DNA of 64,000 nucleotides, taken from IMG/VR virus record IMGVR_UViG_3300038443_002533, positions 32,001 through 96,000 of that record. One strand, given 5' to 3'. Made by a program: the position numbers and the translations under genes. Origin of the DNA: a virus. Its lineage: Duplodnaviria; Caudoviricetes. The notes beneath the pieces were generated by a model. That model made no database searches and was not told where the DNA came from. It was given only the letters and a program-made list of their open reading frames with translations. This document shows, one piece after another, positions 56,619 to 64,000 of the stretch; the stretch's first letter is position 1, and the number at the start of each line of letters is the position of its first letter.

Positions 56619-56659
56619 CTGGCCAACCCTGCCGACCTTCGGGTCGGTGGGGTTATGCC
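56619..56659 (+). terminator. Hairpin + TTATGCC (near-identical to 4610)
   Basis: ACCCTGCCGACC-TTCG-GGTCGGTGGGGT then TATGCC. Confidence 0.7.
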
Positions 56660-56758
56660 GTTATTAATTTGGCTAAAATAAAATTTACTTGGATATCCTT
56701 TGAGCCCATGGAGAGGCCGCTCATCCACCATATTCCACAACCCTCAAAAGGAAGTAAC

Positions 56759-58042
56759 ATGAGTGACGAAAACCAAACCCCGGTGTCCGAGACGCCGACC
56801 GACAACACGCCTGCTGCTGAAGACACCACCCCGGCCACCGCCGACACGACCACCCAAGACGCTGCCCCGGCAACGGACAGCACTGCTGCTCCCGAAACCA
56901 CCGACACCGCTCCGGCCCCGGCCGAACAACCGACGGCTGACGCGGCCCCAGCAGCTGAAGAACCGGCCGCCGATCCGGCGCCGACCACGACCGAAGATGC
57001 TCCGGAACCCACGGACGAACAGCACGACGCTCCGGCAGAAGCACCTGTCGTCGCTGAAACCCCGGTGGCTGAATCGGAACCGGCCGCCGAGACGAATGCT
57101 CCCGATGCTGCGCCCGTCGACGTCGTGACCGACACCCCGGTCACCGAAGAAGCCGCTCCTTCCGCCGAACCGGAAGCTGCTCCCGCTGTCGAAGTGGCAA
57201 CGGAACCTGCACCGGTCGAAGTGGCTGACGCTGCACCCCAAGTTGACCCGGCTCCGGTCGAAGTTGCCCCCACGGCAGACGTCCCCGCAGCACCGGCCGA
57301 TGCAGTGGCCAACACTCCAGTGGTCGCTGATCCGGCCCCCGCGCCGGTCGTCGATACCCCGGTCACCCCGGCACCTGCTCCCGAAGCTGAACAGCCTGCT
57401 CCGGCCGTCGATACCCCGGCTGAGCCGGCACCTGTCGTGGAAACCCCCGTCGAAACCACGCCGGTGGCTGACCCGGTACCCGTGACCGATACGCCTGCGG
57501 CACCGGTGGTGGAAGCACCCGCTCCTGTCGAAACCCCTGCTCCGGTCGAAGCTCCGGTGGCAACGCCTGTCGTCGATGCTCCTGTCCCGACGCCGGCACC
57601 GGCCGCCGATGCACCGCTGTCGCCGGCCAACAACATCAGCATCATCGAACTGAACGACTACGTGACGTTCATGAACACGCCGGTCCCGCCGACGGCCGAA
57701 GAAGGTGGTCAATACCAGGCCAGCCTGTACGCGACGCTGCTGCAAGTGCTGCACGCCGAAGAAGCGGAATTCGACGCCGTGTTCGGTGCGATGCTGCGTG
57801 TCCTGCACAAGCACAGCAACCACGTGTTCAACAGCATCAACCTGCATCGTTTCACGCCGCACTCGAACCTGGGTCAAGCCGAATCGACGCACATGACGCA
57901 TCTGCTGTCGGCTCTGGTGGATCTGGCCGATCCGGCTACGCGCGAAGCGAAGAAGCAGTTCGTCAACCTGGAACTGGCGCTGCACGCACAGCACGTGAAA
58001 GAGTTCGCCAAGCAACGCGTGCTGAAGTTCTTCAACCTGTAA
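56759..58042 (+). CDS. gp81-like protein, paralogue B, with about 290 aa of P/A/E/T/V low-complexity N-terminus
   Basis: AAGGAAG RBS before ATG 56759; ELNDY...GGQYQASLY...FDAVF...QRVLKFF aligns with paralogue A. Confidence 0.8.
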   Translation: MSDENQTPVSETPTDNTPAAEDTTPATADTTTQDAAPATDSTAAPETTDTAPAPAEQPTADAAPAAEEPAADPAPTTTEDAPEPTDEQHDAPAEAPVVAETPVAESEPAAETNAPDAAPVDVVTDTPVTEEAAPSAEPEAAPAVEVATEPAPVEVADAAPQVDPAPVEVAPTADVPAAPADAVANTPVVADPAPAPVVDTPVTPAPAPEAEQPAPAVDTPAEPAPVVETPVETTPVADPVPVTDTPAAPVVEAPAPVETPAPVEAPVATPVVDAPVPTPAPAADAPLSPANNISIIELNDYVTFMNTPVPPTAEEGGQYQASLYATLLQVLHAEEAEFDAVFGAMLRVLHKHSNHVFNSINLHRFTPHSNLGQAESTHMTHLLSALVDLADPATREAKKQFVNLELALHAQHVKEFAKQRVLKFFNL

Positions 58043-58053
58043 TCGCCTGACGT

Positions 58054-58100
58054 CATAAACCCCCTCCCTCTACCCCGCTAAGGGTAGAGGGAGGTGTGCC
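58054..58100. terminator. Bidirectional hairpin at a convergent junction
   Basis: CCTCCCTCTACCC-CGCTAA-GGGTAGAGGGAGG with a CATA foot. Confidence 0.75.
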
Positions 58101-58103
58101 GTC

Positions 58104-59906
58104 TTAAGCGGCGAGTCGCTGGTATGAAGTCAGCACTTGATGCTCAGGAATGGTCGGCTGGTTCGGTTGGGTTTTCCGCAAGTACGCGGCGTACATCTGG
58201 TCCAAACGCGGCATCTTAAACAAATCATGTCCCACTTCCAGGGCGTTGACATGACCTCCTGCCAAATTAAAACCAATACGTCGTCGGATGTGGTCAGGAA
58301 TCCCTTCGATATAAAGCAACTCACGGTGGCAAGTGTATTTCGAAATGTTCATGCAGATACCCTCGTTCGGATAGGTACCAGCAATGTCCAAGTCACCCAC
58401 GCCAATGCGAATGTTCGAAGGCACATTGCGCATCTCTTCCAAACACTTCAGACCGTTGTCCATACACAAGTGTGCAGGCAACATCGTGATCCAACCTTTA
58501 CCGATCACGGTGCGATCGTCATTGGCATCTCGCATCGTATCCGAGGTCGAAGACAACACCCGATTCTGCGACAACAAGTCAAAGAAGAACTTGTTGCACA
58601 GCTTCTTCGGCTGTGATGGAAAGATCGCGTAATCAGACGGGCCCGAATACAGCGGGAAGTTCAGGTTCAGGTCACCGGTCTTTTCATCGAGCATCTCCAT
58701 ACCCACGCAGTCAAACACGTTATAGATCACGTATTCGAATTTGTAGAACTCTTGCATGAAGCGGTGCCAATCCCCTTCGATGAACCCATCGGCTTCGCTG
58801 AACTTGAGCTTACCACGCTTGATGTGTTTATCCATCAACGCATCGAGCTTATAGCTGGGTTCTTCTTGTTGGCCTTGACGGATCTGCCGGTAGGCGCACA
58901 TCGCATCGATAAAGTAGAACGACGCTGGTGTGGTGACCACGTGCCACTGTTCGTGAAAGCCCAGCGGTTTATGCACGCCCGATGCTGTCTCTTTGGACGA
59001 AGGGCCGATCTTGAAATTGAAGTGTTTATAATCGTCCGGCAAGGTCGGATGGGAAAACACCATGGCGGGGTCGATCCTGTCCGCTTTCAAGGCTTGGAGC
59101 ATTTTCTCCATGTCGAACTTGATGTTCCAGATCGCCAAGAAGTCAGGGCCCCATTGATGAGCTTTGTCGATAACGGCAGTGACGACCTGGCCTGCGGTAT
59201 CGACCAACTTGATTTCCCAATTGATGCCCCGCGCTTTAGCGACATCACCGAGATGATACGCAAAGCATTCCTGCAAGCGTTCTTCGATGTTGATGTGTTT
59301 CCCAAAGAAGCTGCGCTTAATCGCCGTGAAGACCCGATCCTTCATCGAGATCGTCTGCATGATGATCTCTTGCTCAGCGGAGAACATATTCGTTTCCGTG
59401 TCGGTACAGGCCACCGTGGATTTCGAATTGAGATGCGGGAACAAGTCCATGTACGCCTTTTTCAAGAGCGTGGTGGACGTGACATCGGTGCCGTACAGGT
59501 ACGGGCTACGCGACAGCTTACGTAAGCTATCACGGTCACCCGGCCAAGGCAGACCAAACCGTTTGATCGCTTTGTCCGTCTTTTCGCGCAGCTTACGCCG
59601 CACTTGCTGTTCCAATTCCGACTGGGTGCACGTTACTTCATCCAGATCGTCCATCTCCGCGAATTCGCGCTTTTCTTTGTGATTCTGTCGTCCCGTCTTC
59701 TCGATGTAAAACTTGCGTTTGAAATCTTTCCGGGTCACGACATTGGGGATGTGAATGACGCGTTCACCGTCGCGCACATGGGTCACACGCTTGATCAAAT
59801 GCAAGTCCGGCAGGCCTGGTTCGGGCGGCGGACAATACACGACGTGGCGGCATTCATGCCCAATGATGGCGTCGTTTGGAAAGTCCTTCAGTTTGTGTGA
59901 TAGCAT
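58104..59906 (-). CDS. Family-B DNA polymerase N-terminal half: 3-prime-5-prime exonuclease plus motif A (phiKZ gp82-like)
   Basis: ExoI DTET, ExoII WNIKFD, ExoIII YNVFD and motif A DIAGTYP. Confidence 0.85.
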   Translation of the reverse strand: MLSHKLKDFPNDAIIGHECRHVVYCPPPEPGLPDLHLIKRVTHVRDGERVIHIPNVVTRKDFKRKFYIEKTGRQNHKEKREFAEMDDLDEVTCTQSELEQQVRRKLREKTDKAIKRFGLPWPGDRDSLRKLSRSPYLYGTDVTSTTLLKKAYMDLFPHLNSKSTVACTDTETNMFSAEQEIIMQTISMKDRVFTAIKRSFFGKHINIEERLQECFAYHLGDVAKARGINWEIKLVDTAGQVVTAVIDKAHQWGPDFLAIWNIKFDMEKMLQALKADRIDPAMVFSHPTLPDDYKHFNFKIGPSSKETASGVHKPLGFHEQWHVVTTPASFYFIDAMCAYRQIRQGQQEEPSYKLDALMDKHIKRGKLKFSEADGFIEGDWHRFMQEFYKFEYVIYNVFDCVGMEMLDEKTGDLNLNFPLYSGPSDYAIFPSQPKKLCNKFFFDLLSQNRVLSSTSDTMRDANDDRTVIGKGWITMLPAHLCMDNGLKCLEEMRNVPSNIRIGVGDLDIAGTYPNEGICMNISKYTCHRELLYIEGIPDHIRRRIGFNLAGGHVNALEVGHDLFKMPRLDQMYAAYLRKTQPNQPTIPEHQVLTSYQRLAA

Positions 59907-60060
59907 ACGCTGTGTACTTTATTGTTGATCGGTAATGCTGTGCGATATCAGTATGAATCCCCTGATAGCAGGTGAAATGTGTTGCCTTATCATGCTGAAC
60001 CAGATAATAGCACGCCCTGTTATTTTTATCTCTTCCCCCTAGGTCAACAAGGATACCACC

Positions 60061-61365
60061 ATGCGGCGCAAGCTTTTGCTCTCTACCGAGGCGATCAATT
60101 ATCAGGACACCAAAACCTTCAAAGAACTGGAGCTGGCGTTTCGCGATATCATGTTTCAAAAGTCGAGCGCTTACGAAGAACAAAAGCGCAAGAACGAAGA
60201 ACTGATCGAAGCCATCATCCAGAATTCGTTCAAAGCGAACTGCTCGATTTCGTTCGGTGAAGCGCCGCCGTGCGTGCGCATTTTCGACGAGTACCACAAC
60301 AACGTTCTGATCCGTAACGAATACCGCGAGTTCTTCGCAGCCCAGATGAACTTCACCCGCCGCTTCGTCGGTGGCTCGGGTGGCGTCAAAGCCGGTGTGG
60401 ACATCAATGCCGCGCGTCTGTCGGGTCTGTTCTCCGAACTGCCGTTCACGATCTACCTGCCGGACTGGATGTTGCATAACGGCGGCGAAGCGGGTGGCAT
60501 GCCCAGCAAATACCGCCTGACCTCGGAAGAGATGGCCGCGGTCACGCTGCACGAAGTCGGCCACTTCTTCACCTACTGCGAAACCTTCAACCGCACCGTC
60601 ACCACCAACCAGGCGCTGGCCGCCATGGTCAAGGAACTCGACGGCACCTACGACGTCAGCAAGCGTCATCTGGTCATCGCGCGTACGGTCGACGAACTCA
60701 AGCTCAAAGACGTCGATGTGGACGCACTGGCCAAGATCGACAAGCGCTCGATCCTGGAAACGGCGATCGTCACCGAAGTCACGGAAAAGTCGCGTTCGGA
60801 ACTGGGCGTGAGCATCTACGACTCGACGGCTTCCGAACAACTGGCTGACCAATTCGCCTCGCGCCATGGCGCCGGTCTGCACTTGACCACGGCCCTGCAA
60901 AAGATCCATGCGCTGTACGGTGGCACCAACGCCGAGATGAGCATGCCCTGGTTCATGTTCATGCAGATCATCTCGATCGCCGCCATGTTCATCCCGCCGG
61001 TGTGCTTCCTCCTGATTCCGCTGAACATCATCGGGATCTTGTTCGGCGGCTTCGGGGACGACGGTGACAACACCTACGACACCCCGGAAGTGCGGTTCCG
61101 CCGGATCAAGATGGACACGCTGGCGCGTCTGAAGAACCGCAGCATTTCCGACGCCGAGAAGAAGCGGATCCTGAACGATCTGGAAGGGATGGAGAAAGCC
61201 ATCGGTCATATCGAGGACAAGCGCGAGTGGCGCGAGTACATCGCCACCACGATCATCCCGGTATACCGGAAATACCGTAAGACCAAGTTGCTGCAACAGC
61301 AACTCGAACAACTCGCCAATAACCCATTGTTCGTGCGTGCAGCAGAACTGTCGACGCTGAACTAA
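60061..61365 (+). CDS. Virion/head protein with HExxH zinc-peptidase-like motif and a hydrophobic segment
   Basis: VTLHEVGH and EQLADQFA; N-terminal LSTE site; start of the phiKZ gp83-onward structural block. Confidence 0.65.
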   Translation: MRRKLLLSTEAINYQDTKTFKELELAFRDIMFQKSSAYEEQKRKNEELIEAIIQNSFKANCSISFGEAPPCVRIFDEYHNNVLIRNEYREFFAAQMNFTRRFVGGSGGVKAGVDINAARLSGLFSELPFTIYLPDWMLHNGGEAGGMPSKYRLTSEEMAAVTLHEVGHFFTYCETFNRTVTTNQALAAMVKELDGTYDVSKRHLVIARTVDELKLKDVDVDALAKIDKRSILETAIVTEVTEKSRSELGVSIYDSTASEQLADQFASRHGAGLHLTTALQKIHALYGGTNAEMSMPWFMFMQIISIAAMFIPPVCFLLIPLNIIGILFGGFGDDGDNTYDTPEVRFRRIKMDTLARLKNRSISDAEKKRILNDLEGMEKAIGHIEDKREWREYIATTIIPVYRKYRKTKLLQQQLEQLANNPLFVRAAELSTLN

Positions 61366-61387
61366 TTCAACTACAAGGATCTTCCCC

Positions 61388-61900
61388 ATGAATCCCAAAT
61401 TCTTCGGCCTGAATGAAGCCATCGGCAAACTGATCAAGAACCCGGGCGACCAAAGCCGCATCGTGGCGATCGCCGTGGCCCTGGCCGTCTCCAGCCAAGC
61501 ACAACTGCCGTCGTCATCGGTCGACAACCAACTGGCGTATTACGGCGAGCAAGTCCACCCGTTCGTCTGCGAGAAGATTTCGGAAGTCGGCGAAGCCGTC
61601 GTGTTCGCCTCCAAGTCGGCACTCGAATACGCCCAGCTGTTCTGGAAGATGCGCTACACCGCGGCATTCCCGAATCACATGCTGGTCGACAACGCCCACC
61701 AGATCGACCGCCTGATCGCCACCCGTGGCGGGCATTCGCTCGACATCACCTCGCTCTGGTCCGGCGGCCTAATCCAGCTCTCGGAAGAGATGTCGCAGTT
61801 CATGAACAAATACCGTGCCGAAATCATGGGCGTGGCGTCGCGCGTCGCAGTGCTCCTGCAACCGGCAGCGAGTGGCAGCGATGAGCCGGTGGCGGGGTAA
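61388..61900 (+). CDS. Putative virion protein
   Basis: 170 aa; AAGGA RBS; structural-gene block. Confidence 0.6.
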   Translation: MNPKFFGLNEAIGKLIKNPGDQSRIVAIAVALAVSSQAQLPSSSVDNQLAYYGEQVHPFVCEKISEVGEAVVFASKSALEYAQLFWKMRYTAAFPNHMLVDNAHQIDRLIATRGGHSLDITSLWSGGLIQLSEEMSQFMNKYRAEIMGVASRVAVLLQPAASGSDEPVAG

Positions 61901-61902
61901 CC

Positions 61903-63273
61903 ATGGCTGAGATCAATGCCACTACCACCCTCGCCCAAGCGCACATCCAAGCGATCGATCAAGCAGCCCCGACGGATGAAAGTCTGAATGCGGGCGCTCT
62001 GTTGCCGGATGAACCCACGCCGGACGTCTTGACCACGACGGTGTATGCCGACGCCGAGTCGGTCATGAAGATGCTGCCGGCGCTGCAACAACCCAGCGAA
62101 GTCGCTACCGAATCGCACAGCAACGCCCTGCGTTATCTGCGCGACGATCTGCTGACCCAGCGCGGCATGAACCAGCGCATCGCTAACGAAGCCATGGCGA
62201 TCCTGCCCAACTTCGGCCAAGGGCGTCCGCTGAACTACTACAGTCGCCATCCGAGCGCTACGGGCTACCAGATGGCCCTGGAAGAGATCGACGCCGGGTT
62301 GGAGCAAGATCTGATCGGCCGCCTCAGCAGCGCTGCCATGCAGCTGGAAAACGCGGTCGGCACGCCTGGCATCGTGCAAGTCTTGGAAACGCTCGACTTC
62401 AAGCGTCGTGCTGACCAAGTCTCGATGCAAGCGAGTATCCTGAAAGACTTCATCGGTCTGGCGGTCGAGTACGGTTTCACCTGGGACGATGCTTGCTTCC
62501 AAGGCTGCGCGGTGGATCCCAGCCAGAACGCAGTGGTGCCGGAGATTCTGAAGACCGAGAAGAAGTGGGTGAATTCGCTGGCCAGCATGGATGAGTATTA
62601 TAAAGTCCACCAAGATGCACCGGCCATGATGGAACTCATGACGACCCATCTGAATCAATGGAAGCTGAGTTTTCTGTTCGCCCTGGAAGCGTTGAAAGAC
62701 GACGCCGATGCGATCAAGCCGGAACTGCCCAAGGCCCCGACCGTCTACTTTAACTTCGGTAGCAAAACCACGTCGATCGAGAATATCGCCGACGTGTTCA
62801 CGGCTGCGGAAGAAAAGGCCCAAGAACCGACCGAGACCCGTACCACGTATGACTGGCTGCATTCGGTCGGCAACGCGGCAGAACAAGCCAAGGTCGATGA
62901 CATCATCAACCGGGCCCGTTCGTACGTGAAAGTCGCCAACGAAGTCGCCGGCCTCTTGAAAGAGATCGCTACCCAGTTGACCGACGCGGCCAATACCAAC
63001 GCCGGTGCGGTGAAGGATCTGGAACAGATGGTGACGGCCTTCACCAAAACCGTGGAAGGCACCAACCAAGGCTTCTACCAAATCGTGCGCTGGTGCGTCT
63101 CGGCTGGCATGACCACGTCTTACGTCGGGGTGCTGGCGTATAGCGTGATCGAGCATGCCTGGAAGTCGCTGAACCAATGTCGTGAGACACTGCAAATGCC
63201 GCAAGCGGCTTACGATGCGCTCGCCACCATGGTGACCGACATCCAAGCCCCGGTCAAAACCAACACGCTGTAA
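61903..63273 (+). CDS. Putative internal head protein
   Basis: 456 aa; ATE and ALE sites in an acidic N-terminal region. Confidence 0.6.
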   Translation: MAEINATTTLAQAHIQAIDQAAPTDESLNAGALLPDEPTPDVLTTTVYADAESVMKMLPALQQPSEVATESHSNALRYLRDDLLTQRGMNQRIANEAMAILPNFGQGRPLNYYSRHPSATGYQMALEEIDAGLEQDLIGRLSSAAMQLENAVGTPGIVQVLETLDFKRRADQVSMQASILKDFIGLAVEYGFTWDDACFQGCAVDPSQNAVVPEILKTEKKWVNSLASMDEYYKVHQDAPAMMELMTTHLNQWKLSFLFALEALKDDADAIKPELPKAPTVYFNFGSKTTSIENIADVFTAAEEKAQEPTETRTTYDWLHSVGNAAEQAKVDDIINRARSYVKVANEVAGLLKEIATQLTDAANTNAGAVKDLEQMVTAFTKTVEGTNQGFYQIVRWCVSAGMTTSYVGVLAYSVIEHAWKSLNQCRETLQMPQAAYDALATMVTDIQAPVKTNTL

Positions 63274-63282
63274 TTACGACGT

Positions 63283-63326
63283 GCATAGACTCCCGCCCCC
63301 TCACGGGGAGCGGGAGCTATGATGTC
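63283..63326. terminator. Bidirectional hairpin with GCATAG / CTATG feet
   Basis: CTCCCGCCCCC-TCAC-GGGGAGCGGGAG at a convergent junction. Confidence 0.75.
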
Positions 63327-63327
63327 A

Positions 63328-64000
63328 TTATACGTTTACCAAACGGAATACCGTGTCAACAGCTTCTTGCGCAGCCAGTTGACTATCGGGCAAGGCCACC
63401 AGGCGTTTCTGGATTGACAAGCGATCGGTACCATCGACCACCGTGACCACCGAGTAGTCTTCCGTACCACCCAGACCCGTGATCTGGATATCCACCACGT
63501 CCGAACCGTAGGTGTCTTTCAGCATTTGCACGATCGTCGACATCGAGACCGTGGTTTGCTGCAAGGCCTCGTACAACACCTTGACCGTGGTTTCGTTCAA
63601 ACGCGCGCGCAGACTCGGGTTGTCGTAGACTTGCTTGGTCACCCCGAGCGTGACAGTGAAGGCTTGACCGGCAGCGATGTTGGTCAGGGCTCCATCCAAC
63701 ACATACACCGGAATCACACCCGACGTCGTCTTCGGATAGAAGTACACCCGCGTCTTGTCCAGCAACCCGCCTTTGAAGGCTTCCAGGTCGTTGACGATCC
63801 AGTTCACCAAGACTTGCGTCAGGGTTTGCCGATAAGCCGTGGTCATGGTTTCCGTAGCAAACCAGTACACCCCTTCCAGCAACATCAAGTCCATCTGTCG
63901 CAGCATCCCGCGTGGGTTGGCCAGAATCAGATTGCCCAGCACGTCCCGCTTCAGATCCCCTTGGCGGTGCTCGTACGTGATGTTGCCCTCTTGATCCAGG
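63328..64000 (-). CDS. C-terminal part of a large virion (baseplate-like) protein; gene starts beyond the window
   Basis: Open frame continues to the window edge; gp87-like position. Confidence 0.55.
   Translation of the reverse strand, partial: LDQEGNITYEHRQGDLKRDVLGNLILANPRGMLRQMDLMLLEGVYWFATETMTTAYRQTLTQVLVNWIVNDLEAFKGGLLDKTRVYFYPKTTSGVIPVYVLDGALTNIAAGQAFTVTLGVTKQVYDNPSLRARLNETTVKVLYEALQQTTVSMSTIVQMLKDTYGSDVVDIQITGLGGTEDYSVVTVVDGTDRLSIQKRLVALPDSQLAAQEAVDTVFRLVNV

Noticed and set aside
56759-57620. Repetitive DNA resembling a tandem-repeat or CRISPR-like array
   Set aside because: The periodicity comes from Pro/Ala/Glu/Val codons in a low-complexity protein; there are no fixed repeats with unique spacers.
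131-63065. Many long antisense or alternative-frame ORFs in the track (e.g. 28284..30467 -, 40116..41480 -, 43737..45362 -, 59854..61527 -, 25698..27053 +)
   Set aside because: They are shadows of real genes with strong C/G third-position bias. They have no RBS or motifs and fully overlap recognisable proteins.
1-64000. tRNA, rRNA, CRISPR arrays, transposases, inteins
   Set aside because: None seen by eye: no T-loop GGTTCGA cloverleaf, no repeat-spacer array, and no intein-sized insertion with Hint motifs in the polymerase, helicase, terminase or RNAP genes. A tRNAscan-SE run would be needed to be certain.

Overview
This window is from a nucleus-forming phiKZ-like jumbo phage (Chimalliviridae), judged by eye to be GC-rich (mid-50s %, not computed). 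It holds the C-terminal part of the terminase large subunit, an early accessory region (4.3-17.3 kb), the tubulin PhuZ and both halves of the split family-B DNA polymerase. It also holds chimallin (nuclear shell), four non-virion RNA polymerase subunits, an Mre11/SbcD nuclease, probable ChmC and PicA/Imp1 orthologues (by synteny), an SF2 helicase, a macrodomain, one virion RNA polymerase subunit and virion genes. A 1,211-nt group I intron carrying an HNH homing endonuclease splits the catalytic NAD|YDGD motif of the nvRNAP beta-prime subunit, and that gene appears to start at a non-canonical ATC. The least explained signals are four. (1) A tandem array of about ten small early proteins that share an N-terminal amphipathic helix, an AACTAACAAC leader and mostly Ala-ending C-termini. 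(2) A terminator family in which the hairpin is followed by TATG(C) on each strand that reads into it, often with no U-tract. (3) Two intergenic regions with G-U-containing RNA-type stems (candidate ncRNAs). (4) A seven-gene array of divergent paralogues upstream of the DNA polymerase. phiKZ gp numbers come from motifs plus remembered gene order, not from database searches.
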